Shown here: piece by piece, positions 1 through 6,985 of the stretch
How the letters are laid out: every line of letters begins with the position of its first letter
Position numbering within the stretch: the first letter of the stretch is position 1
Sequence record: OR352941.1
Source of the DNA: Escherichia phage AV111
Length of the DNA stretch: 64,000 nucleotides
Strand: one strand, 5' to 3'
Position numbers and translations under genes: made by a program
The notes under the pieces: model-generated
The model's input: the letters and a program-made list of their open reading frames with translations, nothing else
Told to the model about the DNA's origin: nothing
Database searches by the model: none

Positions 1-292
1 ATTCTGAAGCACCAAATTCTGAATCATAGAACAAACAAATTGCATCTTTATATTTCTTCATATATGCTGCAACCATGGTCAGTCCAAACAACGTTTTAAA
101 GTGTTTAGAAGGAGCAGCAAAAATAGTCAAGCCTGATTGCAATCCTGCATTCAGAGCACCACCTAGTGCAATATTCAACATCGGAATACGAGTAGGGACT
201 TCATCACGATTATTAAACAGCTTAGACTTAGTCAAGTCTGCAGTCATTTTAGAAGTAGAAGCTTTAATCAGACGAGATTTTAAATCAGACAT
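1..292 (-). CDS. uvsX: UvsX recombinase (RecA-like), N-terminal part; gene continues past window start
   Basis: Reverse-complement translation from ATG at 290-292 reads MSDLKSRLIKASTSKMTADLTKSK...FYDSEFGASE, matching T4 UvsX N-terminus; absent from ORF track because truncated by window edge. Confidence 0.9.
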   Translation of the reverse strand, partial: MSDLKSRLIKASTSKMTADLTKSKLFNNRDEVPTRIPMLNIALGGALNAGLQSGLTIFAAPSKHFKTLFGLTMVAAYMKKYKDAICLFYDSEFGASE

Positions 293-390
293 TGTATTTT
301 TCCATAGGCATCATTATATTTTACTCATGTTTAAAAGATAAGATGATTATATACTAAGAGTTATACAGCATTTAAAACTTTAAATGGCTC

Positions 391-939
391 TTAACGAGCC
401 CATTTAATGATTTCTGTAATCAAATTATTACGTTCGCTTGCATTAAATCCTATAACTTTGTTAGAACCATCATGATTAAGTAATTGATACGTTTGGATTT
501 TGTTATGAATTGCAAACTCTTCAAAATGTGAAATGACTGTATTAAAACCGAATGAAGACAAAGTAATAAGGTCGTCTTCAAAACTTTCAGACATTTCGTT
601 ACGTGTTAAAATAATTGTGAACACATCATGGTTTTGGCAAAGACGAACATAATCCTGTTCATAAACGTCAAGAACCGAGTCCGCATCTTGTCGAATACGT
701 CCATAAACCCAGTTACTAATATATCCACGGTCTAACAGATAAATCTTAGTAGGGTCTAAATAATTCAACATCGTTTCGAAACAGCCAACTTCATTTCGAG
801 ACTTAACATCGAAACGTCCATCAACTGTTCGTTTAGGGAAATCAATCTTTACATATCTTTCACTAATTTCCATTATGTCATTAATGAAAGTTGTTTTACC
901 AGCATTATCTGGGCCATCTACTAAAATAATTTTAGCCAT
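391..939 (-). CDS. P-loop (Walker A GPDNAGKTT) nucleotide/nucleoside kinase-like protein, 182 aa
   Basis: ORF track; N-terminal MAKIILVDGPDNAGKTTF resembles dNMP/thymidylate-kinase-type P-loop; sits where T4 has beta-gt region genes. Confidence 0.6.
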   Translation of the reverse strand: MAKIILVDGPDNAGKTTFINDIMEISERYVKIDFPKRTVDGRFDVKSRNEVGCFETMLNYLDPTKIYLLDRGYISNWVYGRIRQDADSVLDVYEQDYVRLCQNHDVFTIILTRNEMSESFEDDLITLSSFGFNTVISHFEEFAIHNKIQTYQLLNHDGSNKVIGFNASERNNLITEIIKWAR

Positions 940-940
940 T

Positions 941-1840
941 TTATTCCTCGATTACGACATCTTCATATTTAGGTATATTATACGGCGAAGAAATTAAAGC
1001 GTTAAAGTAGATGAACTCACCAAGACCTGGATGGAATACTTCTTCAGGATTTTCGAAATATTGAATCTTCGGACGTCCTTTAAGAATTTGATAGTACTCA
1101 GTTTTAGTTGGATTAAAAATTCGAATCAGCGCTTCTTCAGGATACTTATTTCTGTCGAAACTATTATTTGGATCAGTTATATAAAGCGGTTGACCTAATT
1201 GAATTGCGCATTCAACCACTTGTTCAAAACGATAGCATGGGTCACTAATTCGAAATGGATGAAAAATACCATCTAGATGAATAGGAGCCAAATCACCTAC
1301 AAGACGCTGCATGACGGAAGGACGTATAACTTTCTGCGTTACGATAATCTTATTACCATCTGCACCTGCGTTAACCAGCACTTCTTTTTGACGTTCATTC
1401 AACACAGTAGTTTGAAGTGAACGATTAACAGACAACATGTCGGTTTTTAAGAATTCATCAATATAAAAACGTGGTTTATTAGGGTCTGCAGTGATATTGA
1501 AATTGAATTCTACATCAAAAGCGCCGTCATATCCAGTGATATCTGTGATTAGAAAATCGCAATCATAATAAGCAATTAATGAATCAACTACAAATTCATT
1601 TTCAGACCAGAAATATTTACGAGTGTTATACGCGTTATCTTTATACCATAATGGAACAAACTTAAATTCTGGAAAAAGACGTTCGCATTCTTTAATATCA
1701 GATGCATTACGTGGATATGTAATCACATCACCCGGATTAGCACGGTGCAAATGAAGTTGGAAGTTGCCATCCTTAAGGATAGCATACTGTCCAGTTTCAT
1801 AAGACCGCATACTCAAGATAGGTACGCGGAAAATAGCCAT
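941..1840 (-). CDS. hypothetical protein, 299 aa (occupies the T4 beta-gt position; function unknown, candidate transferase)
   Basis: ORF track; tightly packed between P-loop gene and 42-like gene (1-nt spacing/overlap); no recognisable motif by eye. Confidence 0.6.
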   Translation of the reverse strand: MAIFRVPILSMRSYETGQYAILKDGNFQLHLHRANPGDVITYPRNASDIKECERLFPEFKFVPLWYKDNAYNTRKYFWSENEFVVDSLIAYYDCDFLITDITGYDGAFDVEFNFNITADPNKPRFYIDEFLKTDMLSVNRSLQTTVLNERQKEVLVNAGADGNKIIVTQKVIRPSVMQRLVGDLAPIHLDGIFHPFRISDPCYRFEQVVECAIQLGQPLYITDPNNSFDRNKYPEEALIRIFNPTKTEYYQILKGRPKIQYFENPEEVFHPGLGEFIYFNALISSPYNIPKYEDVVIEE

Positions 1841-2556
1841 TAGTCAAGGAATCCTTTAACATAATCAAAATCACGTTCAAACACATGGGCACTTACCATG
1901 GTATGAGTATAATCACCAACTTCTACACCACATTCGTTAGCGATATAATGAAGTAATTTTCCTTGGAGATAAAAATCCAACTGCATAACAACAGCACAGT
2001 TCTGAGAACGCATATGACAGTGGGTATAAAGCTTACCATCACGAATATAATAAGTCACTGAGTCAGTACATGGATATTCAAGCGTTTCGTCTGAATCAAG
2101 CAAAGCCTGATCAGAACTTTCTAGAATTTGGAACACAACTCTTCGAGAGTTAGGCTTCTCTTTAAGTTCTTTTAGAAGAGCTGGTAATTGAGCCGCAATG
2201 CGAGGACCATAGAAAGTGTTGAAGTTCGCCGGCAAAACATCTGATTTTGGTTTAGAAATAAATTTAGCGACATTAGGATATGCCTTAAACGCTTCTTCTG
2301 CGTTGGTACCACCAGAAATCATAAACTTCCAGAAGTCTTCGGCATATTCATAAGAGATGCGGTTAATACGTGGGTCGGTCATTTTGAATGATGACGGAGT
2401 GTCAACAACTACTGTCATAGACCCAATTTCATTACAACGTCCAATACGAGAATCAGTTACGAATTCCGGGTTTTCTAAAATTTCACGATTGACTGCTTTA
2501 AATGCGGTTTGAAAATCTGCGGCTTTGATATATTTCATTGTGTTATGTTTTCCCAT
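1840..2556 (-). CDS. 42: thymidylate-synthase-family pyrimidine hydroxymethylase (gene 42 position, divergent dCMP hydroxymethylase homolog)
   Basis: Motifs PNSRRVVF, YPCTDSVTYYIRDGKL and HMRSQNCAVVMQLDF parallel the T4 gp42 PDSRRG / CTNTVQYLIRD / MRSNDVVFG blocks, but overall identity to T4 gp42 as I recall it is low. Confidence 0.7.
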   Translation of the reverse strand: MGKHNTMKYIKAADFQTAFKAVNREILENPEFVTDSRIGRCNEIGSMTVVVDTPSSFKMTDPRINRISYEYAEDFWKFMISGGTNAEEAFKAYPNVAKFISKPKSDVLPANFNTFYGPRIAAQLPALLKELKEKPNSRRVVFQILESSDQALLDSDETLEYPCTDSVTYYIRDGKLYTHCHMRSQNCAVVMQLDFYLQGKLLHYIANECGVEVGDYTHTMVSAHVFERDFDYVKGFLD

Positions 2557-2597
2557 GTTTACCTCAATACAATTATTATATACTCAATTCGTAAAGC

Positions 2598-2837
2598 TTA
2601 TTTGAATTTCTTGGCAGTGTTGATATAACGTAAAGCTTCAGCATCGATACTTCCAAGAACACTATGAAGAAATGCATCAGCGTAGTATTCCAATTGAACA
2701 GATTCTTTAATCACTTTAGCCGCTTTAGTTTCAAACAGGCCCATCAGGGCCTTTTTAAGAATTTGTTCATTAGTGTTCAGTTTCATAGTCAAAATCTCTT
2801 CATTAAGTTGGTGGTTAAAAGTTTTTCTAGAAATCAT
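2598..2837 (-). CDS. hypothetical protein, 79 aa
   Basis: ORF track; overlaps stop of upstream gene by 4 nt, operon-like packing. Confidence 0.45.
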   Translation of the reverse strand: MISRKTFNHQLNEEILTMKLNTNEQILKKALMGLFETKAAKVIKESVQLEYYADAFLHSVLGSIDAEALRYINTAKKFK

Positions 2838-3994
2838 TCCGGGTACCTCAAAGCGTCATCAGAGTTAGTTATATCAATAATAGATATAGAGTTTTCTGCT
2901 AACCCGTTTTTAGATAATTGACGTTTATAATATCTTTCACAATATGTACACGTCGTCCCGCAGATTTCATTAGCACAATCGAAATCTGGATGTCTGAACC
3001 ACCTTTTTTCTAAAAAGCCATCTAACAAAGAGGTTTCAATATTTACTGTATGTGAAAACTCAGTTTCGTTTTCAAGAGTGAAAATAGTCTCTAAAGGCTT
3101 CCACAGTTCTAACAAATTACCTTCAAACTTTTCAGAAGCGTATGCTTCAAGAACTTTCAAAATGTAGTCTGTGCTACCTGTACGTCCTGAAACTTTGAAT
3201 TGAGTGATACCAATATCATTATAAAGTTTCAAATCTTGAGGACGAACAAAACGAGTTCTCAACCAGTTAAATGGGTCTGTATCACGAGCTTTAATACAGT
3301 GCTGCATAGGATATCCGTTTAAGGATTTAGCATCATCAGCTGTAACATCAGTACTATGGAAAATATAGCAAGAGTCACGATAGCTACAATGTGTTGTATA
3401 CCCTTTACCAGCATTAGAACAGAACTCATTTACAAGAACTTCAAATATTATATTGTTCTTATTGCAAAACTCTGCTGCACGCTTCAGGAAAGAAACTGAA
3501 CGGTTCTTATGAATTCCACAGCAGACCTTTTTGATATTATATTGGTCATGCAAGTATTTGATTTGAGTTACAGCATCGACATGTAGAATTGTTGAAACTT
3601 CAATCTCAATGTCTTTATTGACTTCACGAACAATTTCCATAACAACAGGGTTAGCGATAGTAATACGCCATACGCCTATTGACCAAAGATACTGAACATA
3701 ATCCTGAATAGCTTTCTTCTTCCACTCAACTAGTTCTCTTTTTGAACCAGGATTTATCGTGTTGAGTGTATAGTTAAAGCAAATACCTAATTCGTTACAA
3801 CGTTTAACGTAATCTTCTAACATCTTTTTGTCAACGTCAGGAAGCCTAAAATCAGGTCTGGCTGCTACAAAAGCCATTTCTCTTGTAGAGCCGTATACTT
3901 CGTTTATCAAGCTATTAGGATAGGTTTTATTGAGCTCTACGATTTTATCAAGAAGAGCTAAATCAAAATTCGTTCCGATTTTAAAAGTATTCAT
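2834..3994 (-). CDS. cysteine-rich hypothetical protein, 386 aa (possible metal/Fe-S binding; modification-island gene)
   Basis: ORF track; C-terminal FDCANEICGTTCTYCERYY (Cx4Cx3Cx2C) plus other Cys clusters; no confident family assignment. Confidence 0.6.
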   Translation of the reverse strand: MNTFKIGTNFDLALLDKIVELNKTYPNSLINEVYGSTREMAFVAARPDFRLPDVDKKMLEDYVKRCNELGICFNYTLNTINPGSKRELVEWKKKAIQDYVQYLWSIGVWRITIANPVVMEIVREVNKDIEIEVSTILHVDAVTQIKYLHDQYNIKKVCCGIHKNRSVSFLKRAAEFCNKNNIIFEVLVNEFCSNAGKGYTTHCSYRDSCYIFHSTDVTADDAKSLNGYPMQHCIKARDTDPFNWLRTRFVRPQDLKLYNDIGITQFKVSGRTGSTDYILKVLEAYASEKFEGNLLELWKPLETIFTLENETEFSHTVNIETSLLDGFLEKRWFRHPDFDCANEICGTTCTYCERYYKRQLSKNGLAENSISIIDITNSDDALRYPE

Positions 3995-4056
3995 TTTTTT
4001 TGCATCTCGCGTTAATTGATGCGATGGTTTTTTTTTTGCAGGTCTTACTTAAATTA

Positions 4057-4458
4057 TTATAGATTCGGTTTATATGATTTAAATGTTTCGAATTCGCCTT
4101 TATTCATAAGAGCTTTGAATTCATCAGGACGCATAGCTTTGTCGTCGATAATCCAATCATATACTGGTTTATGTGTTAGCAAATTATGGTACTTCAAACC
4201 AATGTTTTCCAAGTTCTGAATAAGACTTGGGAGAATGTCAATTGCTATACGACCAGGACCTACTGACTTCATACCACGAGCAGTGTAAAGCGTTATGGTA
4301 TGCCCTGCATCATACAGGGCATTAATGGCAGACACCATTTCGACGTCTGGTTTGAAGTTCACGTAATCACGATTGTTATTCCATTCCGTGATGCAATCAT
4401 CGACATCAAAACAAAGATTAAGCATGTTTTCTACACAGTGCATTAGATTCGTTCCCAT
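4057..4458 (-). CDS. HAD-superfamily sugar-phosphate phosphatase (KdsC/GmhB-like), 133 aa
   Basis: N-terminal FDVDDCIT = HAD motif I (DxD); small size typical of HAD IIIA phosphatases; overlaps upstream gene end. Confidence 0.65.
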   Translation of the reverse strand: MGTNLMHCVENMLNLCFDVDDCITEWNNNRDYVNFKPDVEMVSAINALYDAGHTITLYTARGMKSVGPGRIAIDILPSLIQNLENIGLKYHNLLTHKPVYDWIIDDKAMRPDEFKALMNKGEFETFKSYKPNL

Positions 4459-6128
4459 TGATGAGTGATATCGCCACCGATTGGACGATAAGAAACACCA
4501 GTTTCTTTATCAGTTAGTACCCATTTACCAGGATTTTTTGTAATCAGAGTAGCCGTTACAGGTTCTGCTACGTCATAACTAATAGAGCCGTCTTGAAGTA
4601 CACGGCCCATGTTACGTAATTGCTTAGTCAGAAGTTCCATACCTTTATAATATGCTGCTACCGCTTTAAGTGGATTATTCTTGAAATAACCACCTAATGC
4701 AATCCAGATAATTGCTACAGCCAAATGATGATACTCGTTAAACGAACTCATCTTTCCATATTTGTAAACTAATGGATTGATGTTAATAGTCACATTACAA
4801 GTTGTTTCATCAATAGTAAACTGTCCCCAGGCCGGATTAGCATTGAATTCATCATAACCTGAAACAGCATAAAGCACTTTAGCTTCATCATACAATTTTG
4901 GCCCGTAAATCTTGGTTTCGCCAAAATATCCACGAGGGTCGATAAACTTGACTTCGCCGTTATCAGTAATCATAGTATTACTGAAGTTCGGGTCACCATG
5001 AATAACAGAGTACTGTCCCTGAGAACGGTTATGATAACGAATAAGGTGTTCTAAAGCTTGTTTCAGCATTGGCTTCAGACGTCCAATCTTAGTGTAGTTC
5101 ACATGTGTGATTTTACCAAATGAATCAATCAATGGTTGAATACTTTCACAACGATCAATAACTTTCGTATAGAATTCTTTAGTGAAATCACGACGAACAG
5201 TTTCAGGACTTACAAAATAAGTGTCTGTGCTGAATTTCAGTGCATCTAAAATTGCATCAACAATTTGTGGACGAGCAAGACTTGATTTGGATTTAATATA
5301 TTCAAATGCCGGCTTACCTTTAATGCGTTCCATTTCAAAGTTATTTTCATTAACAGAAACTAACTGAGGAACTGAATCTGATTTCACTTTAAGATACCAC
5401 GAAATCTCATCTTTCTGAAGAGCTCGACCCTGTTCGGTTAATGCGAATTTAGTTACAGTTTCTTCACCAATTTCAACTGCATTAAAACTACGATTAAGTT
5501 CACGAACTTCATGAGCTTTTTCAAGTTTAGGCATATCACCTAAATCAATTAGATTCATAAGCTCTGATTTATTGAATGCGCTGCCGTAAAGGAATTCTAC
5601 GAAATCACGTCCTTTGCAGTATTCATGAATTTCCTCATCGGTAGAACCCATATAGAATTCCCAGTCTTTGAACTGATAAATTCCTACAACATTACCACCT
5701 GTTGAACCTACGTTAGTGATATTTTCACCGTCGAAATTATATCGACATTCATCACCCTTAACATAGATTGCGTTAACATTCCAAGACCATGAACCAAAAT
5801 CAGGAATAATATCACACCAGTTAACAATTACGTTATGGCCGTCTAAATCTTTGTGTAATTTAGCAAGAGCATAAGCAGAACCATACGCTTCATCAACTGT
5901 ACGAATAGTCACATTGAACCCTTCTTGCTCACAATAAGCTCGAACAGTTTCAGCAAATTTTGAATGAACTACTACAATAATTTCATCTGCGCCAAGGTCA
6001 GAATAAATTGTATACAAATTGCTCAGAATAGTGTCTTGTTTATAGTTAACAAGCACCTTAGGAATATGATGCGTTATTGGATACAAACGAGTTGCCAGTC
6101 CAGCACCAAGAATAACAGCTTTTTTCAT
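4443..6128 (-). CDS. bifunctional sugar-1-phosphate nucleotidyltransferase (N-terminal) / sugar anomeric kinase (C-terminal APH/ChoK-like), 561 aa
   Basis: N-terminus MKKAVILGAGLATRLYPITHHIPKVLV = GxGxRLxPxT pyrophosphorylase signature; C-terminus VIHGDPNFSNTMITDNGEVKFIDPRGYFG = HGDxxxxN catalytic loop of APH/choline-kinase fold. Confidence 0.75.
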   Translation of the reverse strand: MKKAVILGAGLATRLYPITHHIPKVLVNYKQDTILSNLYTIYSDLGADEIIVVVHSKFAETVRAYCEQEGFNVTIRTVDEAYGSAYALAKLHKDLDGHNVIVNWCDIIPDFGSWSWNVNAIYVKGDECRYNFDGENITNVGSTGGNVVGIYQFKDWEFYMGSTDEEIHEYCKGRDFVEFLYGSAFNKSELMNLIDLGDMPKLEKAHEVRELNRSFNAVEIGEETVTKFALTEQGRALQKDEISWYLKVKSDSVPQLVSVNENNFEMERIKGKPAFEYIKSKSSLARPQIVDAILDALKFSTDTYFVSPETVRRDFTKEFYTKVIDRCESIQPLIDSFGKITHVNYTKIGRLKPMLKQALEHLIRYHNRSQGQYSVIHGDPNFSNTMITDNGEVKFIDPRGYFGETKIYGPKLYDEAKVLYAVSGYDEFNANPAWGQFTIDETTCNVTININPLVYKYGKMSSFNEYHHLAVAIIWIALGGYFKNNPLKAVAAYYKGMELLTKQLRNMGRVLQDGSISYDVAEPVTATLITKNPGKWVLTDKETGVSYRPIGGDITHQWERI

Positions 6129-6169
6129 GTTGAAGTCCTCATTGGTAAGTAGGAGTATTGTACACTATT

Positions 6170-6313
6170 CTAGTTAAAGCATTCATACTTTGCTTGTAGT
6201 CCAATCATAATCCATCCAATTACAAGTGTTGGAATCATTACCGGAGCCGTTAAGCTCCAGTAGATAGTCATGACAAGCATCAATAGTAAAAGTCCTATTG
6301 TTATTGCTTTCAT
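6170..6313 (-). CDS. small hydrophobic membrane protein, 47 aa (not in ORF track; imm-region small protein)
   Basis: Own translation MKAITIGLLLLMLVMTIYWSLTAPVMIPTLVIGWIMIGLQAKYECFN; ATG overlaps stop of SIS gene (ATGA). Confidence 0.4.
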   Translation of the reverse strand: MKAITIGLLLLMLVMTIYWSLTAPVMIPTLVIGWIMIGLQAKYECFN

Positions 6314-6945
6314 TGTTCGCCTCGTAACATGGCACCTAGTGCACCGCCTGGATGGAACTTAAGGAAATCATTAGAGGTAAATCCACGTTCAGACGAAAGG
6401 TTGATAGCAAACGTATCGATAAGCGCTAACAACAATGTAGTGGACATTGTCGGAGCTAAAGAGTTCTCGTCAACTTCTACCGCGATACCGGTACAGAACG
6501 TATAATCAAAAAGAGCTTCGTATTCTTGTGGAATGTCAGGGTTACAATGTAACAGAATCTGTTTAACCTGAGGACGAATCATACGAAGATGTTTAGCAAC
6601 ACCTATCATTTCTTCAGTCTTACCAGAACGACTGATGTGAACTAATACATCATTAGGTGCAATAAATCCTGCGTCACCATGAGAATAATGCCCAGTGTTC
6701 AAGTACATACTCGGGATACCGAGTGAAGCAAATGTCTCAGAAGCTTTAGTTGCGATATTAGCATTCTTACCAACACCTGTAATAATTACCCGGCTTTCAT
6801 AATTGCTAAGTCCGGGGCGTCGAAGAGTTTCTAGAATAGCATTATAACGAGCAGGGTTTTGACTAATTACTTTGGCCATAGCGGCCAAAGAAGAAGCTTG
6901 TTTTATGATTGCGTCAATAGCGATAGTAATAGGAGTAGTTTTCAT
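6310..6945 (-). CDS. SIS-domain sugar-phosphate isomerase (KdsD/KpsF-type arabinose-5-phosphate isomerase-like, no CBS domains), 211 aa
   Basis: RVIITGVGKNANIATKASETFASLGIPS...HGDAG resembles the KdsD GxGKSxxIxxKxAATxASTGTP...HGDLG core rather than the GmhA GNGGS motif. Confidence 0.7.
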   Translation of the reverse strand: MKTTPITIAIDAIIKQASSLAAMAKVISQNPARYNAILETLRRPGLSNYESRVIITGVGKNANIATKASETFASLGIPSMYLNTGHYSHGDAGFIAPNDVLVHISRSGKTEEMIGVAKHLRMIRPQVKQILLHCNPDIPQEYEALFDYTFCTGIAVEVDENSLAPTMSTTLLLALIDTFAINLSSERGFTSNDFLKFHPGGALGAMLRGEQ

Positions 6946-6985
6946 ATTTCTCTCATTTAATTAGTTTACCGTCCATGACATTATA

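Noticed and set aside
75-341. Plus-strand 88-aa ORF at the window start
   Set aside because: It lies antisense within the uvsX coding sequence, which has a clear T4 match on the minus strand; treated as a chance ORF.
2834-3994. Calling the 386-aa protein a radical SAM enzyme or U32 peptidase
   Set aside because: The CxxxCxxC-like cluster is at the C-terminus rather than the N-terminal position typical of radical SAM, and the U32 signature does not match; left as unknown Cys-rich protein.
4057-6945. Interpreting the sugar cassette as an LPS/Kdo or ADP-heptose pathway captured from the host
   Set aside because: The genes are embedded in the conserved replication-gene block of a lytic phage in place of the T4 glucosylation genes, and the isomerase core looks arabinose-5-P type while no Kdo synthase (KdsA) or CMP-Kdo synthetase is present. 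Heptose is kept as an alternative sugar identity but host LPS function is unlikely.
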